A DNA stretch of 64,000 nt from Candidatus Tenderia sp. (GTDB taxonomy: Bacteria; Pseudomonadota; Gammaproteobacteria; Tenderiales; Tenderiaceae): contig JANOSY010000014.1 in NCBI GenBank assembly GCA_031416075.1, positions 1 to 64,000 on the forward strand. The letters are read 5' to 3'. Under the pieces are notes generated by a model that made no database searches, was not told where the DNA came from, and saw nothing but the letters and a program-made list of their open reading frames with translations. Below, piece by piece: positions 26,967 to 36,755 of this stretch. The translations under genes were made by a program, and so were the position numbers. Numbering within the stretch: position 1 is the stretch's first letter; each line of letters opens with the position of its first letter.

Positions 26967-28265
26967 ATGAGGGATCTTTTAATTACGCTGTTTATATTAG
27001 GGGCTATCCCTTACATCCTTCAACGACCACATGTTGGAATCTTGATGTGGTCGTGGATTGGTTATATGAATCCACACCGTTATGGTTGGGGGTTTGCGTA
27101 CACCATGCCATTTGCAATGATTACGGCCATTGCATTATTGATAGGTATGCTTTTTAGTAAAGAAAAGAAAAGTCTACCTATTAATGGCATTACAATCATT
27201 TGGATGCTGTTTTTAGCATGGGCGCTCATCTCGACACTATTTGCTACTAATATAGATAATTCAATTGTAGAGTTAAATCGTTTCTCAAAAATACAGTTTG
27301 CGGTGTTGTGCACACTATTGTTGATGACCAACAAGGAGCGGTTAATTCAGTTGGTCTGGGTGATCGTTGTCTCCATTGGTTTTTTTGGTGTGAAGGGTGG
27401 TGTTTTTTCAATTGCACATGGTCTTCAATTCAGAGTGAATGGTCCGCCGGAATCATTTATATCGGGCAATAATGAGATTGCTTTGGCGATATTGATGGTT
27501 ATACCGCTAATGTACTTTCTTAAGTTGCACACCAAAAACAAGTATATCGGTTTGGCTTTGTTGGGAAGTATGGTGCTTTGTGCAATTGCCGTGATCGGTT
27601 CATATTCACGGGGAGCGCTGCTTGCCGGCGGTGTGACACTGATATTTTTGTGGTTTGGAATGAAACGTAAACTGCTCACTGTGGTTGTTATATTGTCATT
27701 GGGAGTGGCAATTGCCCCATTTATACCTGAACAGTGGTATATCAGAATGAATACCATTGAATCATATAGTGATGATGAATCAGCGCAAGGGCGGATTAAT
27801 GCCTGGTATATGGCGGTTCGACTGGCCAATGACAGGCCATTGACCGGGGGCGGGTTCCGCTCATTTACGCCAGAGAACTTTAAAAAATATGCACCTGATT
27901 CGGAAGATGTGCATGATGTACATAGTATCTATTTTGAAGTGCTGGGTGAGATGGGATATGTAGGCCTGTTTTTGTTCCTGATGTTATGGTTTTTAGTGTT
28001 TTTAGAGTCGCGTTATGTCTATAAATGGGCAAAAAAGGATGAAGAGCTTAAATGGTTGGCAGACTTGGCTAAAATGTCCCAGGTGGGGTTGTTGGCCTAT
28101 TTGTCTGGTGGTGCATTTTTAGGGCTGGCCTTTTTTGATTTGCCGTACCACTTGATGTGTCTGATTGTGCTCTCAGGTATGCTTTTAAGAAAACATCAAA
28201 AAGAGTTTCCGGCAAATAAATTTAAAAGATTCCAAACGGGTAGTGTGAAAACTATCGACGGTTAA
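26967..28265 (+). CDS. Exosortase A-associated O-antigen-ligase/Wzy-like membrane protein (TIGR03097-like)
   Basis: MRDL...YMNPHR, KGG, NNE, YSRGA, SAQGR..AW, HSIYFEVLGE. Confidence 0.88.
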   Translation: MRDLLITLFILGAIPYILQRPHVGILMWSWIGYMNPHRYGWGFAYTMPFAMITAIALLIGMLFSKEKKSLPINGITIIWMLFLAWALISTLFATNIDNSIVELNRFSKIQFAVLCTLLLMTNKERLIQLVWVIVVSIGFFGVKGGVFSIAHGLQFRVNGPPESFISGNNEIALAILMVIPLMYFLKLHTKNKYIGLALLGSMVLCAIAVIGSYSRGALLAGGVTLIFLWFGMKRKLLTVVVILSLGVAIAPFIPEQWYIRMNTIESYSDDESAQGRINAWYMAVRLANDRPLTGGGFRSFTPENFKKYAPDSEDVHDVHSIYFEVLGEMGYVGLFLFLMLWFLVFLESRYVYKWAKKDEELKWLADLAKMSQVGLLAYLSGGAFLGLAFFDLPYHLMCLIVLSGMLLRKHQKEFPANKFKRFQTGSVKTIDG

Positions 28266-28308
28266 CCGGTATGGTATGGTTTTTTGAAAAAAACGAACAA
28301 ACAGAGAT

Positions 28309-29265
28309 ATGATTAGTTTCCCATTCAGAGTGGCTGCAAAATATGCAATGCCTGGCGGGACGGCGGGGCGTTTTCAGATATTTATTTTTCACCGGGTGCT
28401 GGATAGTCCTGATGTACTGTTTCCAGATGCAGAGCCTGATATTTATCGTTTTGACAGAATAGTAAAGGCGATATCCGCCGTCTATAATCTGTTGTCACTA
28501 GATGATGCTGTTGTGCGCCTGCAGAATGGAACGCTGCCTGACCGTGCAGCATGTATAACGTTTGATGATGGTTATCTTGATAACTATCTGAATGCCTTTC
28601 CCATACTTCAGAAATATAAAGCACCTGCAACCATCTTTATCGCTACCCGTTTTATGCAGGGGGAGATTATGTGGAATGATCGTATTATTGAAGCAGTGAG
28701 GTCTTTTGCGGGAGTGTTTGAACTGCCTGAGCTAGGCATAAAAAAAATGGACTGTTCCAGTATTTCTTGTAAACGCGATGTTATACATGCGTTGATTGAC
28801 AAAGTTAAATACATGTCGCCTGAAGCACGTCTCGGATCGGTCACTGATATTGAGTCATTAACGGGGTTTGTACAAAAAGAGCGGATGATGATGTGTGAAG
28901 AGGAGATCAGGGCGCTCCGTAAAAAGGGTGTGTTGATAGGTGCCCATACACAAAGCCATCCAATTTTGGCCACTCTGGATGATGTTGAGTCAAGACGTGA
29001 GATCAGTAGTAGTAAATGCGATCTTGAGGCTGTATTGGGTGAATCAGTGACATCATTTGCCTATCCAAATGGTCGCTATGGACGTGACTATGATAAACGC
29101 CATACGGAACTTGTTGAGAAGTTGGGCTTTGAATTTGCGGTCTCAACTAATCATGGCATAGCAGCCAAGGATAGCTCTTTGTATGAGTTACCTAGATTTA
29201 CGCCGTGGGATGTGAGCCTAGCAAAATTTATGGCAAGAAATATTTACATGATGATGAAAGGGTAG
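28309..29265 (+). CDS. Polysaccharide deacetylase (NodB/CE4)
   Basis: FHRV, ITFDDGYLDN, GAHTQSHP, FAYPNG, LPRF. Confidence 0.9.
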   Translation: MISFPFRVAAKYAMPGGTAGRFQIFIFHRVLDSPDVLFPDAEPDIYRFDRIVKAISAVYNLLSLDDAVVRLQNGTLPDRAACITFDDGYLDNYLNAFPILQKYKAPATIFIATRFMQGEIMWNDRIIEAVRSFAGVFELPELGIKKMDCSSISCKRDVIHALIDKVKYMSPEARLGSVTDIESLTGFVQKERMMMCEEEIRALRKKGVLIGAHTQSHPILATLDDVESRREISSSKCDLEAVLGESVTSFAYPNGRYGRDYDKRHTELVEKLGFEFAVSTNHGIAAKDSSLYELPRFTPWDVSLAKFMARNIYMMMKG

Positions 29266-29368
29266 TGGCAGATGGTTGTGTGCCACTTAATAATACTCGC
29301 GGTCTTTTATATGCGGGGCTTCGGTAGAGCTGGCCATTTTATACACTCGATTGCAGGTAGGTATGTAA

Positions 29369-30262
29369 ATGTTATTTAATATTCGGAGGGAGTTTAACAG
29401 AGAGTTTTTTAACTTGATGACAAAAGATATCAAGAAAAAGCTCCGAATAAAACCGAAGGGTGACTCAAATTTCACCATACTGACGCAATTATGTTCGTCT
29501 GATATCAATATGTATCTCATTGCTATGGCATCGTTCTGCCGGTTTGTTGTGCCACAAAAAGTAATAGTGGTTGCCGACAGATTGACTAGTGATGAAGTAG
29601 CGCTGCTTGCTCAGTGTATCGAGGGTATTCATATCATACCTATTGCTGAAGCAGGTTGTGAAGATTTGCCATCAGGTGGCTGTTGGGAGCGATTGATATC
29701 GATACATAAGTTAATAGACAATAATTACGTGGTGCAGCTAGATGCTGACACAATCACACTTCAATACCCGGATGAGGTAGTGGCGGCTATTAACGGCAAC
29801 AGAAGTTTTACGTTGCCCACTAAAATGGGACAGGAGATATGGACGTTAACAGAGACCGCTGACAAGATAGCAAGTATTAAAGGCGACCATGTTCAACTGC
29901 GGGCAGAAAAATCATTTTCGAAACTTGCCACGCCGAATACAAGATTGTATGTGCGCGGCTGTGCAGGATTTGCAGGCTTTGCAAAAGGTTCTGCTGTGCT
30001 GGAGGCGCTGATTGATTTCAACAGGGAGCTTGAGGCAGCCATCGGTAAAAAAGAGTGGAACCAGTGGGGGAGTGAGCAGGTGGCCTCAAATTATGTGATT
30101 GCAAATACACCCCATGCCCTTATTTTGCCATTTTCGAAATATCCGTATTATGAGGTTGGTTTGAATCTGGATGGGGCTGCCTTTGTGCACTTTATTGGTG
30201 GCAGTCGTTATAAGCGGGGGGTCTACATGAATCTCTCCAGACAGCTTATTTCTCAGATCTGA
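29369..30262 (+). CDS. Hypothetical protein, probable GT-A-fold glycosyltransferase
   Basis: 297 aa; VVQLDAD (DxD after a beta strand), GSEQ, FVHFIG; EPS operon context. Confidence 0.55.
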   Translation: MLFNIRREFNREFFNLMTKDIKKKLRIKPKGDSNFTILTQLCSSDINMYLIAMASFCRFVVPQKVIVVADRLTSDEVALLAQCIEGIHIIPIAEAGCEDLPSGGCWERLISIHKLIDNNYVVQLDADTITLQYPDEVVAAINGNRSFTLPTKMGQEIWTLTETADKIASIKGDHVQLRAEKSFSKLATPNTRLYVRGCAGFAGFAKGSAVLEALIDFNRELEAAIGKKEWNQWGSEQVASNYVIANTPHALILPFSKYPYYEVGLNLDGAAFVHFIGGSRYKRGVYMNLSRQLISQI

Positions 30263-30351
30263 GGATTATGTGTGACATCTCTTTTTGAACACTGTGATAG
30301 TCGTTACATTGTGGGGTGTGTTGTGCCTCTTAGCTGTTTATATGGAGTATT

Positions 30352-31188
30352 TTGATGATTCCAATTCGCATTAAACAGTTTCCCCAGTTGGTTAAGCAGA
30401 CCTATGAGCGTAGTGTTGTTTTAAGGCGTGCCCCCCCCGCTGATACTACGTTCCATCTCTGTTTTTTCAGTTGCCACTCATATTTTAGTTATCTGTATTG
30501 CTCACTGCATAGTCTGGTTAAACATCTGCACGGGGTATCGTTCAGGGTGATTATATTTAGCGATACCGATCAACCTCTATCCCCCGTACAGGTTGATACT
30601 ATTTTGGAACTCATACCTAATGCTGAAGTTATTCTGTGGCCTAAAAGCATGGGCTGGGGTGCGGAGCAGATTGGCTGGATCTGGAAGGCCTATGAACATG
30701 CCGCTGTGGGTGTGCGCGAAAATGATTATATTGCCCGGATTGACTCCGATGTCTTCTTTTTTAATGACAGAATATTTCATGCGGTTGCCAAAAGTGAAGC
30801 CGATTTTATTGGCGATGGGCACTTTGTGGATTTTAAATATTGCCAGGGAGGGTGCTATTTTTTTAGGGCATCGGCGGTACAAAAAATAGTCACGATGATA
30901 GAGAAAGAGTCGATGGTGGCACTGTTGAAAAGTGTTGATGTGGTGGTTGAGGACGTCGCGGCATACTATTTCGCCAAAAGACTTGATATGGCAGTTTGGC
31001 AAACGTGGTTTATGATGTTTCCTGATGAGTTGAGGAACGCAGGAGGGCTAACTACCTGGCAACGCTGGAAGTTTAGCTGCGCACATTTTGTCATGAAAAA
31101 TAAGGCTGAGATGTTAAAGGCATACCAAAAAGAGGTGTTGAAGGGGAACGCCCCTGCTGAATATCTAAAGGCACTTGAATCTGTGTAA
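30352..31188 (+). CDS. Hypothetical protein, probable GT-A-fold glycosyltransferase
   Basis: 278 aa; IARIDSDVFF (DxD), QGGCYF, EDV; EPS operon context. Confidence 0.55.
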   Translation: MMIPIRIKQFPQLVKQTYERSVVLRRAPPADTTFHLCFFSCHSYFSYLYCSLHSLVKHLHGVSFRVIIFSDTDQPLSPVQVDTILELIPNAEVILWPKSMGWGAEQIGWIWKAYEHAAVGVRENDYIARIDSDVFFFNDRIFHAVAKSEADFIGDGHFVDFKYCQGGCYFFRASAVQKIVTMIEKESMVALLKSVDVVVEDVAAYYFAKRLDMAVWQTWFMMFPDELRNAGGLTTWQRWKFSCAHFVMKNKAEMLKAYQKEVLKGNAPAEYLKALESV

Positions 31189-31398
31189 CACGCTGTTGTG
31201 TGAACGTTTACATGGATATGATGCGGTAGCCTGATTTCATAACAATTGGCCAGAGTAATTTTTCGAGTGCGTGTGCTAATGTGCCGCTATTTGAGCATGA
31301 AATAGCTAATGGCTGATGAAATGTTTGGTGCCCTTGCACCTTCATAGTTTAGTCTGATTTTTATAGAGTGCCGCGTTGTCTCAAGGGTGTCTGATCCA

Positions 31399-32850
31399 TC
31401 ATGAGCGTCTTAACCGGCTGGTGATATCGCCAATGAGTGTGATGGCCTGTTTTCTTGCTATTAGTAGCAAAATTGTGCCATATAGCACTACTCCTATTAG
31501 AATGCTAATAACTAATCTCGCCCAGGGTGAATAGTCGCTGAGCCAAGGGGCTATGCTAGCCACCGCAATTGCCATGACAACAGAGGCGATTGCCCAGGGT
31601 GCAAGCTCAAGAAAAAATCGCGAAGGTGCGATTTTAATTTCACGACAGGCCAATATGCTGGTCACGACATAAGCGATTATGTTGACTAATGCATAACCGA
31701 TGGCAGCACCTTCGATACCGTACATAACACCGTACCAAAGTGCCAGACCAATGGCTGGAACCGTTGTGAGTGTAATGCGCAGGAGAATGTCTACTCTGCC
31801 CAAGACCATTAATACGGTGCTGGCAGTGGTGAGTACACTCTGTATCGCCATGACCACGCAGAGTATTCTCAGTACATCAGTTGCCGGAATCCACTGTGCA
31901 CCAAATACAACGGGGACTAGGTCAGGTGCAACAGCAATAACTCCTGTCATGGCAGGAAGACTGACAATGGCGATGACGGAGCTGGCTTTAAGCCAAATAG
32001 CGGGTAATCGTGTTGGATCATCACGTAGACTGGCCAAGGTTGGGAACATTACTTTGACGATCACAGAGCTGATTTGAAACAGTATGCTACCGGTGATACC
32101 TGATGCCAGATTGTAATGGCCCAGTGCCGATGCGCTGAGCTGTTTGCCTAATATAAATGCATGCAGATTACGACCGATGCAGGAGATTAGACTGACACTG
32201 AGCATCTTCCAGGAGAAATTTATCATCCCTTGTATGCTTTGCAATACAGGGGATCCTGTTGGTCGCCAGCGTGAAAAATAGAACAGCATGGCACCGGTAA
32301 TAATATTGCCAATGGCAGGCTGTGATGCCAGTGCCCATACGCCTGTGCCAGCAACAGCCAGTGATATTGCGCCGATGGATGCAACAATACTTCCGATTAT
32401 TTGAGCGATGGTGATTTCACGAAACTTCAAATCTTGTGTGAGTACAGCTTGAGGCACCACTAGCCCCGCACAAATGAGCATGTTGATGGCGAGTGGTATA
32501 ACAAGGAAAATCACTTCCGGACGGCCGTAAAAACTGGCGAGCAGTGGACCACCCAGCATAAGTAGAGCGGCGATGAGCATGCCTATACCCATGGTCAGCC
32601 AGAAACAAGTTGTCAGAGCGACCTGTGACTTCTCTTGACGTTGAATGATGGCCGCACCAAGCCCGAAGTCAGTTAATATTTGTGCAATCTCAGCAGCAGC
32701 AAATGCCAATGCAAACAGGCCAAAATCATCAGGAAAAAGTGTGCGGGCAAGGATTATGTTGGTTGCAAAGGCAAGCACTTGCCGGAACATTTGCCCACTA
32801 CCAAGCCATGCGGCTCCGCGGACAGCACGAGTGCCAACATTATCGTCCAT
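31399..32850 (-). CDS. wzx: Wzx-type (WzxC/PST family) polysaccharide flippase
   Basis: About 12 TM helices; ILARTLFPDDFG, DFGLGAAIIQ, VMFP, VVFGAQW. Confidence 0.88.
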   Translation of the reverse strand: MDDNVGTRAVRGAAWLGSGQMFRQVLAFATNIILARTLFPDDFGLFALAFAAAEIAQILTDFGLGAAIIQRQEKSQVALTTCFWLTMGIGMLIAALLMLGGPLLASFYGRPEVIFLVIPLAINMLICAGLVVPQAVLTQDLKFREITIAQIIGSIVASIGAISLAVAGTGVWALASQPAIGNIITGAMLFYFSRWRPTGSPVLQSIQGMINFSWKMLSVSLISCIGRNLHAFILGKQLSASALGHYNLASGITGSILFQISSVIVKVMFPTLASLRDDPTRLPAIWLKASSVIAIVSLPAMTGVIAVAPDLVPVVFGAQWIPATDVLRILCVVMAIQSVLTTASTVLMVLGRVDILLRITLTTVPAIGLALWYGVMYGIEGAAIGYALVNIIAYVVTSILACREIKIAPSRFFLELAPWAIASVVMAIAVASIAPWLSDYSPWARLVISILIGVVLYGTILLLIARKQAITLIGDITSRLRRS

Positions 32851-32879
32851 GGTTAATGGGTGAACTCCATGGTTAATGG
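32846..32879. repeat. 14-bp direct repeat (20-bp period) duplicating the flippase start codon
   Basis: tccatggttaatgg at 32846-32859 and 32866-32879. Confidence 0.85.
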
Positions 32880-32910
32880 TGTAGTCAGGTTTTGCATGAG
32901 AACATTGTAA

Positions 32911-34119
32911 TCATTTTGGTTTATGTTCGGTATGAATACGGTGAATAAGTTCATATAAATGGGTTGTTGTCTCTTGCCAGTCAAAATTATTGGCATACTC
33001 TCTCACCGCGCCTCTGTCAGGATAATGTTGGCGTAACGCCTGAATGCCAGAGGTTATGCCAGCTGCACTTCTATCACTAATTAATTGGCCGGCTGTTTCA
33101 TTGAGAACAACCTCGGGTGTGCCCGATACCGCAGTGGCGACCACAGGTGTACCACACGCCATCGACTCAAGTAATACATTGGCCCAGCCTTCACGGCTTG
33201 AGGCGAGCACCATGCAGTCTGCAGCACTATAGTAATCAGCTAGCTGCTCTTGTTTTATAGCACCGGTAAATATGACGCGCTCTTCTACTTGGTGAAATAT
33301 GGCTAATGCGCGCAGCTCTTTATCCATCGGGCCATCGCCAATCAATATCAGCTTGACGTCAGGCAGCTGCGTCAGTGCCTCAATGATAAAGTGGTGTCCT
33401 TTACGTTCTATAAAGTGGCCAACAGAGATAAGCGTGAATGAATTCAGTTTTAATTTGGCACGTATTTCATCACGATTGCGTGGGCTAAATCGCTCCAGAT
33501 CGACCCCGTTACGCATTACAAGGTTGTTATTTTGCATAACGCCTAGTTTTTTTATCTCTTCTGAGAGGTAGCGGCAAACGCTAATCACAGCAGAACACTG
33601 ATTGACAGCCCAGATGATCAACCGGCGTGGCAACCAATAATGAGGATATAGAGTGATGTCATTGCCACGTGCAGTAATGATGGAAGGGAGCTTGAGTATT
33701 TTTGAAAACAGTACCGCCACCACGCCATCAGGATAGATGAAATGTGCATCAATAAGATCAAAATTTTGTTGCTGTAATTTTTTCATCGTAGGCCAGAGTG
33801 ATAGAGCCATTAATAGTGGTGCCAGATTCATTCCAATCTTGGGTATAACAAGATAGCGTGGGTGATGAATAGTCATACCATGGCGTATTTCTCTTTTTGG
33901 GATGGCTGCGTAAACACCGTATTGGCCAAATATCTTATGTTTAATAGGAAACCATGGTATTGGCGCAATGACGGTAATCTCTACGGGATAGTTTTGTATA
34001 AGCTCTTTCATTCGTGTTTCCACAAATATGCCGTGGCGTTGCTGCTCTCGGTTGGGATATAGAGAGGTAAACGTAAGTACGCGAATTTTTTTAGATGGGT
34101 GACTTTCTGATAATGCCAT
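32911..34119 (-). CDS. Glycosyltransferase family 4
   Basis: FTSLYPN, DAHFIYPDG, RNGVD, REGWANVLLESMACG. Confidence 0.92.
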   Translation of the reverse strand: MALSESHPSKKIRVLTFTSLYPNREQQRHGIFVETRMKELIQNYPVEITVIAPIPWFPIKHKIFGQYGVYAAIPKREIRHGMTIHHPRYLVIPKIGMNLAPLLMALSLWPTMKKLQQQNFDLIDAHFIYPDGVVAVLFSKILKLPSIITARGNDITLYPHYWLPRRLIIWAVNQCSAVISVCRYLSEEIKKLGVMQNNNLVMRNGVDLERFSPRNRDEIRAKLKLNSFTLISVGHFIERKGHHFIIEALTQLPDVKLILIGDGPMDKELRALAIFHQVEERVIFTGAIKQEQLADYYSAADCMVLASSREGWANVLLESMACGTPVVATAVSGTPEVVLNETAGQLISDRSAAGITSGIQALRQHYPDRGAVREYANNFDWQETTTHLYELIHRIHTEHKPK

Positions 34120-34894
34120 AATGATGCTTTTTGAAGAGATATAACAACCCTTTGAGATGACTAAAGAAAAAAGTGTTTAATTTTCTTCTGGAAATTTCCT
34201 GTGCATCGTGAATAATACAGACGGTTGGGTCATATACTATTCGGTACCCCTGTTTTTTGATGCGGATACAATAATCCACATCTTCTGGAGAATAAAATAT
34301 ATTTTCATCTAATACGCCTATTTTTTGAATTAAGTCACCTCGAAACAGCCAGAAGGCAGAGATTGCATAGTCGACATCTATGGGGTTAATTAACTCTTTC
34401 AGATGGCTGTTTTTTTCTTCTGTTTTTAGAAAGAAATAGCGCATAAATTTATTGGTGAGCGTGGGAAATGCATCAGTTGATTTCTGAAAACTCCCTGATG
34501 GATAAAGCACTTTAGGCACAATCATACCGATACCAGGATTGCTATTTAATACTTCGTATAGATGATCAACCGCATTGCTGTTTATATAGGCATCTGAATC
34601 AAGCACAAGCACATAACGGCTGCTGATTTGATTTAATGCGTGGTTTCTTGAGCGTGTAGTGCCGGTGTTTTCACTGAAGAATTTGAGCTTGATTATGTCG
34701 GGGTAACGTGATTGAAAGGCGTTGAGCTTCTCTGTGCTGCCATCCTTTGAGCCATTGTCGATGATATAGATGTCAAAAGAGTATCGACTGGTTGGAATCG
34801 CCTCAATGATTGAATTTATACACTTGTCTAGATAGCGGGCAGAGTTGTAACTGAGTATTACAACGCTGATATCGAGTGGGTTCTCTTTTGTCAT
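34091..34894 (-). CDS. Glycosyltransferase family 2
   Basis: SVVILSYN, IDNGSKDG, VLDSD, EDVDYC. Confidence 0.9.
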   Translation of the reverse strand: MTKENPLDISVVILSYNSARYLDKCINSIIEAIPTSRYSFDIYIIDNGSKDGSTEKLNAFQSRYPDIIKLKFFSENTGTTRSRNHALNQISSRYVLVLDSDAYINSNAVDHLYEVLNSNPGIGMIVPKVLYPSGSFQKSTDAFPTLTNKFMRYFFLKTEEKNSHLKELINPIDVDYAISAFWLFRGDLIQKIGVLDENIFYSPEDVDYCIRIKKQGYRIVYDPTVCIIHDAQEISRRKLNTFFFSHLKGLLYLFKKHHYGIIRKSPI

Positions 34895-34897
34895 GGC

Positions 34898-36706
34898 TTA
34901 ATGGTGCCTGGACTCTAACCACTCGTTCAGTACGGCAAGTATCCAAACCATGGTGCCGTAGTATGATGCTGAGTTTTTAGTTCTATGAATATCGATGATA
35001 TGGTCAATAAAGTCTGGTTTTATATAACGGCGCTTTTTAAGGTCAGCCAAGTTATCATATATATGTTCTTGCATAGCGGGTGATTTTTTTAGCCATTCAC
35101 CAAATGGCAAGCCAAAACCATGTTTGGTTTTATTGATGATCTGCTCAGGTAAAAACCCGGTAAGACACTCTTTATAAAAATAACGAAGACTTTGCCCTTT
35201 GAGCTTTAATGTTGAGGGTATTTTGGTGGATATATGGAGCAGTTCATCACTGAGCATCGGATAACGTACATTCATGCCGGCCATTGCGCAGGCGCGGTTC
35301 ACTTTTACCAGGTCGTTATCCGCGAGTGTCGATTTCCATTCCATGTAGAGCATGCGATTTAGCATGCTGGCATCGGTTGGCCTGTTATAGCTAAGCCGTT
35401 TTTCGTTAACCGGGTATTGTTGATCGATAGCGCTGAGAAAGTCTTTATGAAATATTTTCTCAGAGGAAAAGTAGTTAATGAAACTGTAGCGCTCCATTCT
35501 ATCGGGCATAGGGGTATTAGCCTGTTCAATGTAACTCTTGAGTTTGGCAAAGGGCTGGTATTTGTTGTAGGCCATATCATTTAATAACAACGGCTCGAAC
35601 AGATGTTTTCTGAGTAGATTGGGTACTTTTTTGTAGGGTTCGAAGAGATATTGTTTGGCATAACGGGCATTTCCAGCAAATAGTTCATCACCACCATCGC
35701 CTGCTAACAGAGTGGTGATTCCATCTTCCTTTGCTACCTTGGCGCATAGATAGGTAGGTATGGCCGATGAGTTACCAAATGGCTCATCGTATCCTCTGAC
35801 CACCGTAGAAAATGCTGCCGCCACATCATCAGGAGTTACGTAGTAACTTCTCAGGTTAATACCAAAATGTTTTGCGGCAATTTTTGCGTATTCAGTTTCG
35901 TCATAGCCGGACTCTTCAAAGCCCATGCTGTATGCACTGATTGTGCGGTCTGCATGTTGTGATAAGTAACCAGTGACCGTTGAACTATCAAGCCCCCCAC
36001 TAAGAAATGTCCCAGTGGTTGCGGAAATATCGTGTTTTATAACTGATTGATAGAGCGCTGCTCTCGTTTGTTCTTTTAATATCTCTAATGAGCTATGATT
36101 GGATTCATCAAAAGCGGGCATCCAATATAGTGATTTAGTCTGTGAACCACCGAAAAAATGCACTGATTGTGCGGGCTCAAGTTTGTATATGTTTTTATAA
36201 ATTGTCATCGGGCTTGATATGACATGTGAATCAATAAAATTAAAAATTGCTTGGTCGTTTATGACGGGTGTGGCCTGCATTGATGCGGTTAATAGCGTAA
36301 GCTGGTTTCCGATTATTATCTGTTCTGAATTTTGAGTATAAAAAATTTGTGCGGACGAAAATTTATCAGTACTGATTAAAACAGCACCAGATTTTTTGTT
36401 GAAGGCAACAAGAGACACCCCTTCAGAGATATCAGATAAGTTAATATTATTATAAATATATTCATCTAATATGATATTGGCAGCTTTCTGTCCAGATTCA
36501 CCTTTATAAAAGACTAGGTCATTGGATAGAATAACCACTGCATCGTTATTGTCCGCTATAAGAATAGGGTTAAGAAGCTGGTTATGATAGGCAATCCCGG
36601 CTCTTGAGTTTATGGGGGATATTGTTGGCGATAGTATGTTTTTACTATGAAGCGAATTCATTACAGTATTGTTATCAATATTGCACCAGAAAATGAACTT
36701 ATTCAT
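34898..36706 (-). CDS. AsnB-like ATP-dependent amide ligase with a degenerate glutaminase domain
   Basis: FLSGGLDSS, EPFGNSS, GDGGDELFAG and KHGFGLP retained; no N-terminal MCG, no HRGPD or NGEIYN. Confidence 0.85.
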   Translation of the reverse strand: MNKFIFWCNIDNNTVMNSLHSKNILSPTISPINSRAGIAYHNQLLNPILIADNNDAVVILSNDLVFYKGESGQKAANIILDEYIYNNINLSDISEGVSLVAFNKKSGAVLISTDKFSSAQIFYTQNSEQIIIGNQLTLLTASMQATPVINDQAIFNFIDSHVISSPMTIYKNIYKLEPAQSVHFFGGSQTKSLYWMPAFDESNHSSLEILKEQTRAALYQSVIKHDISATTGTFLSGGLDSSTVTGYLSQHADRTISAYSMGFEESGYDETEYAKIAAKHFGINLRSYYVTPDDVAAAFSTVVRGYDEPFGNSSAIPTYLCAKVAKEDGITTLLAGDGGDELFAGNARYAKQYLFEPYKKVPNLLRKHLFEPLLLNDMAYNKYQPFAKLKSYIEQANTPMPDRMERYSFINYFSSEKIFHKDFLSAIDQQYPVNEKRLSYNRPTDASMLNRMLYMEWKSTLADNDLVKVNRACAMAGMNVRYPMLSDELLHISTKIPSTLKLKGQSLRYFYKECLTGFLPEQIINKTKHGFGLPFGEWLKKSPAMQEHIYDNLADLKKRRYIKPDFIDHIIDIHRTKNSASYYGTMVWILAVLNEWLESRHH

Positions 36707-36755
36707 GACGTTACCATATGAGTACTATTGTAATCGGTCCTAATATTTATATATT

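Noticed and set aside
31222-31233. ops/JUMPStart-like tgcggtagcctg
   Set aside because: Mismatched, and located after the last gene of the plus-strand operon, where RfaH loading would serve no purpose.
34898-36706. Glutaminase-less AsnB read as a lasso peptide cyclase
   Set aside because: No B1/B2 (PqqD, transglutaminase) genes or precursor; it is embedded among glycosyltransferases.
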